Counted from the first letter of the stretch, positions 29,590 through 39,561 are shown. The stretch: DNA of 64,000 nt from a virus (IMGVR_UViG_3300025723_000013), one strand, 5' to 3'. Translations and numbers: made by a program. The notes: generated from the letters alone by a model not told the origin.

Positions 29590-31302
29590 TTAACTGAAAA
29601 GAGGAGTTCCGTCTTCGGTTAATAGATCTCCCGAAACTCCCAACACCGAACTGGTGAGAATTAGCGATGGACCATTTTCAATATTTATATTAGAACTGGT
29701 AGTTGAGGCAAATATTAGATAATTGGTTCCTGTGGTGGTAAGATTGTCATTGACAATCAATCTATCAATTTGGAAATTTATATTGGTAAAATCAAAATTG
29801 CTAGAATTAATATTGTTTAGAATCATAGATCCACTACCAGGCAAAGTGTAGCATAATGGAACCGCTAGTGTGTATCCAGGAGGAACCCCTCGGGAATCTT
29901 GTATAGTTCTCATCCATCTTGGCAATTGATAAAAATCAGTGTTGGCAAGATTATTTCCAATTTGATCAGATTCAAATGCTTTACGCATGTTAGCGATACT
30001 GTTAGGGTAGGTGACAATATTGCCTATGTCCACTGCCGAAAGAAAATATCCGGATGCATTTTCTAAAGGATCTATGATTTGAGCATATATCACATCATAA
30101 ACATGATTTCCGTAGTCATCATTTCCTTGACCAATCATGATATCGCCAAAAAATAATTGTTTTTTATAAAAACATTGGCTCATAACATAGGCGTATTGCA
30201 GCAACGTATCCTGTTGTATTCCATATTCTAGATATAATTTTATATTTTGTTGTATCCCAAAGTTTGGATCCGAAATTCGATATATTAATGCAGGATTAAA
30301 AATTGAGAAATCATTTATAAATGAAGAATAATTATATCTTGTATTAAGACCCAAAAACGGCTGTGCATATATCTGGGTGTATAAACTGGTATCATACGCT
30401 GTTACTTCTATATAAAAATCTTTAGAAATAGACTGTTGATATTGATCAGTGGCAGTGACCACAAAATTGTATTGCCCTAGTGCTGATCCGTATAAAACTC
30501 TGCCTATAATTGATCCATCTAAACCCATTGTAAGACCAGGAGGAAGAGATCCTCCGGTTATATTGTATCTTATTGAAAGATTTCCACTGGAATGTGATGC
30601 CTGAACTGCTATCTCGCTTAGATAGCCTAAATTCAAATTGCCTAAATTTTGTGGAGATGTAAATGCTATTGTGTTATCAATAGATCCTTTAATGGTAAGA
30701 CTAAAATCTTGATTAATATATGAACTTATCGCATGTAAAACATCTTGTTTATCTATTCTGATGGTGAAATTATATGTGTTACTGTATATAGGCAAATATG
30801 GCAGATTACTGTAAAATACTCCTGACTGATTATCTAAATTAAAATACGGAGGCAGCTGATTTTGTCTCCAATAAGACGCTGTAAATGTTGCTGTGGATTG
30901 ATGAGCTGTTGTGCATATGTAGCTTATGCCGCTGCCTTGGATCCTACTCCAAGTTGATCCGTTATACACAACAAGATCACCCAATTGAAAATTGACCGGG
31001 CCGGCTCCTAGATTTTGTTTACCCGGAACATTTACAATATACATGGTATTGGTATTGAGAAATTGTCCATTGCTTAATTTTGGAATATTAGATAGAGCGT
31101 TCCATCCGCCATTGAAATTGAAATTTTGCGGGGAATAAACCACCCAGTCGCCGAGATTATAGCTAGTGAAAGGAGACCATAAATTTTCGCCAGCACAAGA
31201 GTAATTTGTAGGTCCAATAGCAGGATAAGGATCATAGCTTTTTAACTGAAAAATATGTTTATTGGCAGCTCTAATGGATCCTAAATTTATTGTAGATGAC
31301 AT
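29590..31302 (-). CDS. Baseplate/structural protein, C-terminal part (Ig-like repeat, wedge-like C-terminus)
   Basis: GGSLPPGL..GLDGSIIG Ig repeat; YRISDPNFG; LPRWMRTIQ...GYTLAVPLCY..PG; IDRLIV. Confidence 0.75.
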   Translation of the reverse strand: MSSTINLGSIRAANKHIFQLKSYDPYPAIGPTNYSCAGENLWSPFTSYNLGDWVVYSPQNFNFNGGWNALSNIPKLSNGQFLNTNTMYIVNVPGKQNLGAGPVNFQLGDLVVYNGSTWSRIQGSGISYICTTAHQSTATFTASYWRQNQLPPYFNLDNQSGVFYSNLPYLPIYSNTYNFTIRIDKQDVLHAISSYINQDFSLTIKGSIDNTIAFTSPQNLGNLNLGYLSEIAVQASHSSGNLSIRYNITGGSLPPGLTMGLDGSIIGRVLYGSALGQYNFVVTATDQYQQSISKDFYIEVTAYDTSLYTQIYAQPFLGLNTRYNYSSFINDFSIFNPALIYRISDPNFGIQQNIKLYLEYGIQQDTLLQYAYVMSQCFYKKQLFFGDIMIGQGNDDYGNHVYDVIYAQIIDPLENASGYFLSAVDIGNIVTYPNSIANMRKAFESDQIGNNLANTDFYQLPRWMRTIQDSRGVPPGYTLAVPLCYTLPGSGSMILNNINSSNFDFTNINFQIDRLIVNDNLTTTGTNYLIFASTTSSNINIENGPSLILTSSVLGVSGDLLTEDGTPLFS

Positions 31303-31303
31303 A

Positions 31304-32362
31304 TTAATCTCCTAGCCAAACGGGTCTAACCAGATAGCTTGATTCTGCCGCAGACGGACCCGATGCATCTAGATAACTTGTGTCTGTTACTAGATTTGAA
31401 GGATCCACCACAAGTATTTTAAAATTTTGATTAGTAAAAGTAGTTCCATCAGTTGCAGTTACCGTAAATTGATATATTTTTGGAATATATTTTTCAATTA
31501 TTTGCACATACTGACCGTTAAATAATATGCCGTGATCATAGGGATAACCGTCATATGATTCTTCGTCATAACCTCCATTAGATGATATCAGTAGATCAAC
31601 TCCTAAATTATCATCCACAGTGCCACTAAGCAATCCAGTGGATGATAAAGTTAATTTTGGAGGCAATTGTCCACTACCGTCGGCTAGATAATACCTAATA
31701 CTATTGCCAGGCGGTAAAGAATCGTAAAATATTATTTGAGATCCTGTTGATAAATTGGACATCAAAGGCAAACTAATTCCAACTGCATAACCTTGGAATG
31801 TAGGATTGTAAATGCTCGATACACTGGTAACAGTTGTGCCTGGCTGTATTCCAACACCGCCGATGGTTCTCCATATACCGGGCTGTCCTGGGTCGATATT
31901 ATTTAAGTTACTGAAATAAAGCGTATTGGATTCATAAAATGCGCTAGATGATATGGTAGAAGTGGTTTGACCCGGGCTTGCTTGCATTTGGAAATTGACA
32001 GATTCATAATTGATCACATATTTTTCATTACCAAATCCCACATTCAAATATCCAGGAGGGGTTATCCAATTTAAATTGCTCAATCCTTGAGTATCTATTG
32101 TAAAAGTTTGATCGGTGACTCCGTATGAATTTTTAGCTCTGATAACAAACTGCGCGGTTACAGTTTTACCTGTGCTTGCAGGAGTGCCTGATATAGTTCC
32201 GGTTGGTACTGTGTACGACAGCGATAGTCCGGTAGGCAGTTCTCCGCTTATTAAATATAAATTATCAGCATTTATGGCAGTTAATAAAATGACAGCATAT
32301 GTTCTTTCCGTTACAGTGCCTAAAAATCCTGCAGGAGTTACCCAAACCGGAACGCTCATCAC
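31304..32362 (-). CDS. Baseplate/structural protein, N-terminal part with Ig-like repeats
   Basis: PVWVTPAGFLG start, GELPTGL..SGTP and GQLPPKL.LSSTGLLSG repeats. Confidence 0.75.
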   Translation of the reverse strand: MMSVPVWVTPAGFLGTVTERTYAVILLTAINADNLYLISGELPTGLSLSYTVPTGTISGTPASTGKTVTAQFVIRAKNSYGVTDQTFTIDTQGLSNLNWITPPGYLNVGFGNEKYVINYESVNFQMQASPGQTTSTISSSAFYESNTLYFSNLNNIDPGQPGIWRTIGGVGIQPGTTVTSVSSIYNPTFQGYAVGISLPLMSNLSTGSQIIFYDSLPPGNSIRYYLADGSGQLPPKLTLSSTGLLSGTVDDNLGVDLLISSNGGYDEESYDGYPYDHGILFNGQYVQIIEKYIPKIYQFTVTATDGTTFTNQNFKILVVDPSNLVTDTSYLDASGPSAAESSYLVRPVWLGD

Positions 32363-33720
32363 CGGGCTCCGGAAAGATCGTCAACTTTTTTATTAAGTTC
32401 TTTGATGGCCTCGATAAGTATGGGAATAAGTTTGTCGTATTTTACAGATAAATTGCCTTCACTATCTTCATTGACCGCTTCGGGAGCGACGGATTTAATC
32501 TCTTGTGCCAATACTCCCAGTTGCAAACTTGTGTCGTTGATTCCTTTTTGTTTGGCTGTTTCATTCCAATAAAAATTAACGCCATTTATTGAACTGACCT
32601 TTGCCAAAGCATCAGACACAGTGCCCACCACATTCTTTAATTTTGAATCAGAAGTGGCAGCAAAGTCAGTGGAATATACCACACCATTGTTGTAATAAAA
32701 TGGAGTACTCAATACCTGTGGTTGAACACCTGTACCAGCTGCCATGGTTGGATAATAATTGCCTATACTATATGTACCAACACTAAGCCCGCTTACACTG
32801 CCGGCAGACACAGCGAAAGTGGCGGTGTTGGCATAAAAAACCGGAGTATTGCCCAGAGTAGCAGTGATTTGACCTGGAAATAAATTTGCAACCGAAAGGG
32901 CCTGTCCTGCATTGTTAGCATACGCTGCGTTAAGAGCCAATGTAGCAGTACCAATAAATTGATTGGCAGTAATGTTGCCGGCGCTGTCTCTTGCAGCCAC
33001 TGTATTAGCTGTGGCAGCAGTTGATCCGGGTTCAAAAGTGGTTCCATTGACCAACAGTGCCGACGAAGATGTAGAATTTCCACCACCACCGCTGCCGGGT
33101 ATATTGCCGTTAATGTCTCTTATTACTATGCTGTTAGGAGTGCTGCCTGTGCTTGGAGTATAGATGTTGCCATTAAGAACTAATGCGGTAGCATAAGTAG
33201 CACTGGTGGCTAGAGAAGCAAATTGTGCAGTGGTAGCTAGTCCGTTAAATGTGTTGGCACTCAAATTACCATTGTTATCTCTGGCAGCGATTGTATTGGG
33301 GTTAGGATTTGTTGATGCAGATTCATAATTAGTGCCTACTAGCACAGTTGTTGCGGATCCTGCACTGCCGGTATTGGTAGTTGTGTTACTGCTTATTAAG
33401 ATAGTACCCTGTTGCGGAACAGTGATGGAAATACCAGGGCCAGGAACCAACAAACTGTTAATCATGCCATTACCGGCACTGTTGACTCCGGTAATTATGG
33501 GATAGTTGCTGTAATTAGAAGTTCCAGTGGTGTAATTATTGGGAGTATCCAGCAGGTTTATAAACTTAAACCCAACACTGCCTGTGGTTCCAAAAACCCA
33601 CTGATATAATGCTTGGAAATTAAGGTTAACGGTGTTAAATGCATCACGGATATTATTTCCGGTTCCGTCGTTGGGAGCCGAGCCAATATTGATCTGTGTA
33701 AAAGTAGAAGAAGTTGCCAT
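32359..33720 (-). CDS. Tail fibre with T4 gp9/10-like N-terminus and C-terminal peptidase S74 intramolecular chaperone
   Basis: INIGSAPNDGTG..IRDAF..VN.NF; SDSKLK.V...LAKV..INGV.FYW...GVLAQE...V.YDKLIPILIEAIKEL. Confidence 0.88.
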   Translation of the reverse strand: MATSSTFTQINIGSAPNDGTGNNIRDAFNTVNLNFQALYQWVFGTTGSVGFKFINLLDTPNNYTTGTSNYSNYPIITGVNSAGNGMINSLLVPGPGISITVPQQGTILISSNTTTNTGSAGSATTVLVGTNYESASTNPNPNTIAARDNNGNLSANTFNGLATTAQFASLATSATYATALVLNGNIYTPSTGSTPNSIVIRDINGNIPGSGGGGNSTSSSALLVNGTTFEPGSTAATANTVAARDSAGNITANQFIGTATLALNAAYANNAGQALSVANLFPGQITATLGNTPVFYANTATFAVSAGSVSGLSVGTYSIGNYYPTMAAGTGVQPQVLSTPFYYNNGVVYSTDFAATSDSKLKNVVGTVSDALAKVSSINGVNFYWNETAKQKGINDTSLQLGVLAQEIKSVAPEAVNEDSEGNLSVKYDKLIPILIEAIKELNKKVDDLSGAR

Positions 33721-33739
33721 ATCCGTTCCTTATTAGCCG

Positions 33740-33781
33740 TATTTACCTGTAATTCGGCCTTTATTGGGTACGGGGTATTTA
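33740..33781 (-). promoter_or_regulatory. Tandem late promoters for tail module
   Basis: Two GGTAAATAC copies (cores 33740-33745 and 33776-33781). Confidence 0.65.
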
Positions 33782-33821
33782 CCTAAAAAACTGATCCTGT
33801 ATGGAGGGCAACTTTTTATAA

Positions 33822-34646
33822 CTAATCGGTGTACATTTCTTTAATTTCTTCTCTGATAGAGGATTGATTGACTAAATTGATGGATTGATTTCTAAAACTT
33901 GATACTATGAGGTTTTTAGCTGACTCTTCGGAAATACCTTTACTTTGTAAATATCCTATTTTTTCAGCACTTATGGTAGTAGTTTCCGAACCCAAACCAG
34001 AAGAAGAGTAATTGGAGTCTATGTATATCTCTGGTTTTGAGAAACATCTCCCTCCTTCGCCCACTATTAAATTGGAATTTTCAATTCCAATTTGGCTGAT
34101 CTCGGCTACCGGTTCTGTTACCACTGCACCTTGAAACACCGTTTGACTTTCTTTTCCTGCTATTCCCAAGAAAAATTGATTACTAAGCGTGTCAGCACCA
34201 TTATGTATAACTTTGGTTATGACCTCGGAATCTCCTTTTACATTATTAGATATCAGTCCATAACCAGAAAATGTCGAAGTTTCTTCTTGGAATATTTGAA
34301 CTATATGTTTGTTCAATTTGCCATTTTTAATAAACATGCCCAGGGACAATGTTGAGCCTGTTTTTAAATGCACATCATACAAAAATACCTGTTGTATGCG
34401 CGAATCCACATCATTCAATATGACAAGATCCAACACGGAATTTTTTTGCAAAGTGATGCTTAAATGTTTGGCCAAAAGATCTTTTTCTGTGGGATTTTGT
34501 CTCAGCACAACACGATCATTTTCATCCTCATCCAGCTCAATCATGTTGGCATCGATTACCTTGAATTCCTTTCCAAAATATTCTTCTGGGGTAAATTGCC
34601 AATCAGGATCGCCCTTTTCTGCCTTAAGAAATGTATGAATCGTCAT
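33822..34646 (-). CDS. Degenerate SufB/SufD-family beta-helix protein
   Basis: TVFQG, KPEI, YLQSKGISEESAKNLIV..F resemble SufBD C-terminus; coupled to SufC-like gene. Confidence 0.7.
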   Translation of the reverse strand: MTIHTFLKAEKGDPDWQFTPEEYFGKEFKVIDANMIELDEDENDRVVLRQNPTEKDLLAKHLSITLQKNSVLDLVILNDVDSRIQQVFLYDVHLKTGSTLSLGMFIKNGKLNKHIVQIFQEETSTFSGYGLISNNVKGDSEVITKVIHNGADTLSNQFFLGIAGKESQTVFQGAVVTEPVAEISQIGIENSNLIVGEGGRCFSKPEIYIDSNYSSSGLGSETTTISAEKIGYLQSKGISEESAKNLIVSSFRNQSINLVNQSSIREEIKEMYTD

Positions 34647-35349
34647 CTTTTATAATCCTTTTGTATAGAGTAGGATCGTGTTGCGATTGCAGTTGTCCAT
34701 TGATCAGTATGCTAACATGAGTCGGCATCAGTTTGTCCAAAAAGTCAGTATTATTTGTGAACACTATGGCAGCCTTATTTTCACGACCAACAAACTCCAC
34801 GATATTGGACGCTACTGATTCAAGCTCGTCCGATTCTATATCTTTGTCTAATTCGTCAAGCACAATCAAATTTGGATCTAGCAAAAACATGTGTAGGAGT
34901 TCATTTTTTTTACATTCGGTAGCGGTCATGGTTTCGTCGTTGACAATTTTATGTCCGTGATTGGAACTGAGGCCTAATTTTTTAACGTAAAATTTGTAAT
35001 CTTTTTCAAATTCATTATTATTTCTAGAGTCATTATGTGATTTTAGCATGACCTTGGTCAATTCAAAATTTGTGATTCCATCCACCAACGGAAGGAATTG
35101 GAATGTTGTAAATATTCCCAATACACATCTTTCTTCAATTGTTTTTTTGATGATGGATTTTTTATCAAAAGCAATGGATCCGCTGATGTCCAATATACTG
35201 TTTCCTAAAATAGCATGTACTAGACTTGATTTTCCGGAATGCCTAGGACCCATGATAGCATGTATTTGTCCTTTTTTTACTTCTAGATTTACATCGTCCA
35301 GTAACACACTGTCTTTTATTGATATTTTTAAATTTTTGATTTTTAACAT
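34624..35349 (-). CDS. sufC: Degenerate SufC-like ABC ATPase
   Basis: MLKIKNL...VKKGQIHAIMGPRHSGKS, R..LGIF..FQ, LIVLDE, P.HV.ILING. Confidence 0.75.
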   Translation of the reverse strand: MLKIKNLKISIKDSVLLDDVNLEVKKGQIHAIMGPRHSGKSSLVHAILGNSILDISGSIAFDKKSIIKKTIEERCVLGIFTTFQFLPLVDGITNFELTKVMLKSHNDSRNNNEFEKDYKFYVKKLGLSSNHGHKIVNDETMTATECKKNELLHMFLLDPNLIVLDELDKDIESDELESVASNIVEFVGRENKAAIVFTNNTDFLDKLMPTHVSILINGQLQSQHDPTLYKRIIKDDDSYIS

Positions 35350-35449
35350 GTTGTTATTTTACAATAGATCAGTGATGAAAACAATAAATTTTATCATGGT
35401 ATTTATTGAGATTAAATATGCTATATATTTTTACCATAGGAGATGTAAA

Positions 35450-35731
35450 ATGGATATAGTAGTAGCAGTGTCTGTAATATTTGTAGTATTGATACTAGTA
35501 GTGGGTGTATTAGCCCTGACCAGTAGATCAGCCGAAAAGAAAGCAGAAGAGTACTTTAAGGAAAATGTTTTTATTGCCCCGTTGAAAGAAGAATCAGTTG
35601 TGGTCAGCGAGGATGCAGTGGTGCCAGCCAAGAAAGAGCGTAAACCTCGTACGACCAAGGCCACCGTCAAGCCCGCTGTGAAAAAAACAAAAACTACGTC
35701 AAAAAAACGTAGCACTTTAAAGAAGATTTAA
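35450..35731 (+). CDS. Small single-pass membrane protein with Lys-rich tail
   Basis: AGGAG SD, ATG 35450, N-terminal TM helix, KKERKPRTTKATVKPAVKK tail; TAAATA upstream. Confidence 0.75.
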   Translation: MDIVVAVSVIFVVLILVVGVLALTSRSAEKKAEEYFKENVFIAPLKEESVVVSEDAVVPAKKERKPRTTKATVKPAVKKTKTTSKKRSTLKKI

Positions 35732-36745
35732 TTCTTTTGCCTGATTGGCCAGTGCAAAACTGGCCAAGTTCTTGCCTTTTGCTTCACAGATGAGATCAAA
35801 GTTTTCTACAAAACTCAAAGCCCACTGATTGACAGCGTTGTTCCAATAAAAATCACTGTGAGCTCGCATTTTTTGTTTCTTGTATCCCTGTTCCAGCAGT
35901 AAAGCATGATTAGGAGCAATCTCTGCATCATGGCCCACAAGCACCTCTTCTCTGCTGACAGAATAGTGACAAACAGGTCGAACACCTCGCCATGAATCAA
36001 TCATGCGCATCACTCTATCGTCCTTGGCGGAAATGTATTCACCCGTGCGGATCCAGTGATGATGTAGATCCAGTACCAAAGCACAGTCGTTGACCAGTTC
36101 AATGCTGGCATCCACTCCCCAGGACATCTCATCATTTTCGATAGTGATACAATTTCTCGCCTCGGGAGAAAGGCGTTGGAGAGCAGCACGAATACCTTGA
36201 GGACCTTTTTTACCTGAGATATGAACATTTATCTTGAAGTCCTGAAAAGTTTGTCCGTAGCCCATCCATCTCACCATGTCTGCATGATATTCAAACTCTT
36301 CAATGCTTCGGTTGACAATATCTTCAGAGTGGCTAGCTAAAACGCAGAATTGTCCAGGATGGAAACTGAGACGCACATCCAGTCGCCTAGCTGTCTCACC
36401 TATAGGAGCAAATATTTTGGCACAGTGATCCTGTACGTCCTGACGTTGCCACCAATCTTTCCAATCTTTTTCAGTATAACCCTGCAGCATTTCTGAACCA
36501 AGTCGTACCATGCGTAGATGAGCAGGCAAAGATCCCACACGTTCAATCATTTTGACAGCGGCAGCGCAGTTGTGATTCATGATATCCCATTGACGCTGTT
36601 CAGCTTCAAGCGGATGCTCTCGTAACCATCGCATGGTGGTACTGCGTCCGTTCAGTTCACGATCAGCTGCATTAATCTTCATGCCTTTTACTTCACTAGG
36701 ATCATTCAACCACTTGCAAGCAAATCCTAGACGCTTAATAGTCAT
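35717..36745 (-). CDS. uvsE: UV damage endonuclease (UvdE/UvsE)
   Basis: RLGFACK, RLSFHPGQF, INVHISG, ITIENDE, VLDLHHHW, H.S.S, RAHSDF, CEAKGK. Confidence 0.93.
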   Translation of the reverse strand: MTIKRLGFACKWLNDPSEVKGMKINAADRELNGRSTTMRWLREHPLEAEQRQWDIMNHNCAAAVKMIERVGSLPAHLRMVRLGSEMLQGYTEKDWKDWWQRQDVQDHCAKIFAPIGETARRLDVRLSFHPGQFCVLASHSEDIVNRSIEEFEYHADMVRWMGYGQTFQDFKINVHISGKKGPQGIRAALQRLSPEARNCITIENDEMSWGVDASIELVNDCALVLDLHHHWIRTGEYISAKDDRVMRMIDSWRGVRPVCHYSVSREEVLVGHDAEIAPNHALLLEQGYKKQKMRAHSDFYWNNAVNQWALSFVENFDLICEAKGKNLASFALANQAKELNLL

Positions 36746-36776
36746 GTTCACCTCAATAAGAACGAGTTAATACAGG

Positions 36777-36884
36777 TCACAATTTAAATTGTTTAAAAGC
36801 ATTGTACACGCTTTTAGCTTCTTCGTCATCCTCAAAAACCTTATGCCCAGGCTTATAGAATACGTACTCAGCGACTTTGAGCAT
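36777..36884 (-). CDS. Small hypothetical protein (35 aa)
   Basis: Hand-translated MLKVAEYVFYKPGHKVFEDDEEAKSVYNAFKQFKL. Confidence 0.45.
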   Translation of the reverse strand: MLKVAEYVFYKPGHKVFEDDEEAKSVYNAFKQFKL

Positions 36885-36946
36885 TTATCGAGAACCAACA
36901 TAGAAAGTAATTGCTACAGGTTTTTCTACTGTAAAAATATCAGATC

Positions 36947-37126
36947 TTATTCTGAAATCTTTTTTTCAAGTGTCAAGGATCCGTCATCATGCATCTTCCA
37001 TTTTAACGTATCACCTTCCTGCCACCCCACCTGCGCTATCAAATCTGGAGGAAAAGTAATAACAAGTTCGCCTGTTTCGGGATCTTCTTCTGGAGTAATG
37101 GTCCAAATTTTAGATTGTTCAGTCAT
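36947..37126 (-). CDS. AbrB/MazE/SpoVT-like small protein (59 aa)
   Basis: Hand-translated MTEQSKIWTITPEEDPETGELVITFPPDLIAQVGWQEGDTLKW..HDDGSLTL. Confidence 0.75.
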   Translation of the reverse strand: MTEQSKIWTITPEEDPETGELVITFPPDLIAQVGWQEGDTLKWKMHDDGSLTLEKKISE

Positions 37127-37221
37127 TTTTTATAACCTTAGGTAAATGAAGTTGGGTATTTGTCAGACTGTGCTATTATAAAATAAAATCAAAATCTTAG
37201 CAAAAGTTTTTTTGCCTGGGC

Positions 37222-37608
37222 TTACAGCGAATCACCCCAAGTTTGATCTTTCATTCTATCAGCTGCCGACTGCTGTTTTCTAATATTGGGAGTATTTCCT
37301 GTTCCGATGTCTTTGTGCCTAAAAAGTCCGTACAATTTTATAATTGTGGGATCTCGACCAGAAAGTGAATACACAATGCAAATATCTTGAGTGAGATGTG
37401 CATGTCTAGCACGTTCACCTAGCGCTTTGGCGATGGGGCCTTCGCCGTGAAACATATAATCGCTGGCGCCAAATGCAGCAATGGGATTTTGTTTTTTAAA
37501 ATCTCTAAAACTTTTAATTTTTTCAGCTAATTTTCTATCATTTGACAACAACATGGCTGCTGTTTCACTCCACAAAGGGCACACTTGAAATTTAACTACG
37601 TTGGGCAT
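37222..37608 (-). CDS. YafQ/RelE-family mRNA interferase-like toxin
   Basis: DYMFHG...RHAHLTQDICIVY...IKLYGLFRH pattern parallels YafQ (DHxLxG...HxxxDxxLIY...LxxxGxH). Confidence 0.65.
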   Translation of the reverse strand: MPNVVKFQVCPLWSETAAMLLSNDRKLAEKIKSFRDFKKQNPIAAFGASDYMFHGEGPIAKALGERARHAHLTQDICIVYSLSGRDPTIIKLYGLFRHKDIGTGNTPNIRKQQSAADRMKDQTWGDSL

Positions 37609-37813
37609 CTTTATTACCTACCAATGAATCGATATATGCATCAAATTCCGAATCATCCGCAGGTAATTCTTGCCATTGATTAGATTGACTGGTCTTAATA
37701 ACTTTTACCAAATCTTGTGTTGAAATTGGGCTATCGTTAACAGGTTCGATATGTTCAAACAGCTGAGATTCGGTAAGATTGTTATAATAATTTTCAATTT
37801 CTTTAAATTTCAT
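37592..37813 (-). CDS. Small acidic protein, candidate antitoxin
   Basis: 73 aa, acidic C-terminus, 17-bp overlap with toxin gene, TAAATA 5 nt before ATG. Confidence 0.6.
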   Translation of the reverse strand: MKFKEIENYYNNLTESQLFEHIEPVNDSPISTQDLVKVIKTSQSNQWQELPADDSEFDAYIDSLVGNKDAQRS

Positions 37814-37875
37814 AAAATTATTTATCCTTCCAAATAAATGTAACACATGCAGTATAAATTGCTTTTACTTCAAAG

Positions 37876-38802
37876 TCAAACTACAGTTTTGAAATACTTA
37901 ATAGTTTCTTTGAGGCCTTGTTCCAATTGTATTTCCGGATTCCAATCCAGCAATACCTGTGCTCGTGTGATATCAGGTTTACGCTGCTTTGGATCATCTT
38001 GTGGCAACGGATTATAAATGATTCGGCTCTTGGAGTGTGTCAGTTCAATAACCTTTTCTGCTAGTTCTTTGACAGTGAACTCATGAGGGTTACCGATATT
38101 GATCGGATTGGTATATTGAGAATTCATTAGAGACATCATGCCGTTTAATAGATCATCCACATAACAAAAACTGCGTGTTTGAGATCCATCGCCATACACT
38201 GTGATATCTTGATGTCGCAAAGCCTGCAAGACAAAATTACTCACAACTCGACCGTCGTTGGCTGCCATTCTTGGGCCGTAGGTATTAAAAATACGCATGA
38301 TACGTATATCAACTCCATGTGTGCGATGATAATCCATAAAAAGAGTTTCCGCTGCTCTTTTTCCTTCATCATAACAGCTACGTATGCCAATGGGATTTAC
38401 GTTGCCCCAGTATTCTTCTCGCTGAGGATGTTCTTTGGGATCCCCGTATACTTCGCTGGTACTGGTGTGTAGAATTTTGGCTCCTGTACGTTTGGCCAAC
38501 CCCAACATATTAAATGCGCCCAGTACTGATGTTTTCATGGTTTGTATAGGATCATGTTGATAGTGTACAGGACTTGCCGGACAGGCAAGATTATAAATCT
38601 CATCTACTTCTACATAAAGAGGAATACAGATATCCTGCCGCATGATTTCAAAATTTGGATGTTTTAAAAGATGTTCAATATTTTTTTTACTGCCTGTAAA
38701 ATAATTATCCACACATAAAACATGATGACCGGCTGATACCAAGCGATCACAAAGATGACTGCCTAAAAATCCGGCACCGCCTGTAACCAATATTTTTTTC
38801 AT
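37876..38802 (-). CDS. uxs: UDP-glucuronate decarboxylase (UDP-xylose synthase), extended SDR
   Basis: [62 protein letters not shown]. Confidence 0.93.
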   Translation of the reverse strand: MKKILVTGGAGFLGSHLCDRLVSAGHHVLCVDNYFTGSKKNIEHLLKHPNFEIMRQDICIPLYVEVDEIYNLACPASPVHYQHDPIQTMKTSVLGAFNMLGLAKRTGAKILHTSTSEVYGDPKEHPQREEYWGNVNPIGIRSCYDEGKRAAETLFMDYHRTHGVDIRIMRIFNTYGPRMAANDGRVVSNFVLQALRHQDITVYGDGSQTRSFCYVDDLLNGMMSLMNSQYTNPINIGNPHEFTVKELAEKVIELTHSKSRIIYNPLPQDDPKQRKPDITRAQVLLDWNPEIQLEQGLKETIKYFKTVV

Positions 38803-39329
38803 TATAGATCCTTGAATTCGATTTTGCCAGCTTCGGCTTCCATATCTGCATTGAGCTGTTTGAGTTCGCTGTAGCACAAACGTTCGTCGTTATTTATAAG
38901 TGTATAAATGGCGCTGTTCTTTTCTGCTTCAATCATTTCGCAGCTGACCACCCAATTTCGACCGCCATTTTTTTCACGAAGCATGTCATCCACATACTCG
39001 CCCACAAATTGGGCCAATCCTTCACAACTGATAAGTGGAAACGTCTGCAATTTACAGTGACCTTTAACAGTCAGCTGCCTAAAAGTATGCACCAGTGGAT
39101 CATCGGCCTGCAGGATCACTGTGTGATCAAACCAATCTTCCAGTTGGCGCTTGATCATTTTTAGTCCGCCAAAATCTACCACAAAGCCCTGTTTGTCTAG
39201 ATGGCTAGCACCAAAAACAAATTTGAAACTGCGATCATAACCATGCAGCAGATAGCAGTCGGTATCACTTTTCCAATTGCGATAAGCGCAGGGACCAATT
39301 TCTTTAAAAAACTTTGTGCTAGTATACAT
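38802..39329 (-). CDS. queD: 6-carboxy-tetrahydropterin synthase (QueD/PTPS family)
   Basis: C.YR.W...[28 protein letters not shown]. Confidence 0.85.
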   Translation of the reverse strand: MYTSTKFFKEIGPCAYRNWKSDTDCYLLHGYDRSFKFVFGASHLDKQGFVVDFGGLKMIKRQLEDWFDHTVILQADDPLVHTFRQLTVKGHCKLQTFPLISCEGLAQFVGEYVDDMLREKNGGRNWVVSCEMIEAEKNSAIYTLINNDERLCYSELKQLNADMEAEAGKIEFKDL

Positions 39330-39350
39330 ATTTTATTCTCCTATGCACAA

Positions 39351-39379
39351 ACTTTAGCATAGAGCATAAAATCAGTCAA
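39351..39379 (-). promoter_or_regulatory. sigma70 promoter for queD-uxs
   Basis: TTGACT-17-TAAAGT with TGn. Confidence 0.7.
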
Positions 39380-39381
39380 GT

Positions 39382-39558
39382 TTATTTTTTCAAATGCTGT
39401 ATTTTTTCTTTGATAACTTTGATTTCATTGATTATTTCTCTCAACATGCTGTTTTCTTTTTTTCTGTGTTTGTAAAGATCGCGGAGATGCATCAAGACCC
39501 AAAACCAGAGGGTCAAGAGAGAAAATATATAAAATATTGGTAGATTAAAAAAAGACAT
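39382..39558 (-). CDS. Small membrane protein (58 aa; TM + basic coiled coil)
   Basis: Hand-translated MSFFNLPIFYIFSLLTLWFWVLMHLRDLYKHRKKENSMLREIINEIKVIKEKIQHLKK; GGGGA SD. Confidence 0.6.
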   Translation of the reverse strand: MSFFNLPIFYIFSLLTLWFWVLMHLRDLYKHRKKENSMLREIINEIKVIKEKIQHLKK

Positions 39559-39561
39559 GAT

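Noticed and set aside
17377-33720. Diversity-generating retroelement or invertible tail-fibre cassette
   Set aside because: No reverse transcriptase, template/variable repeat pair or recombinase with inverted sites seen in the window
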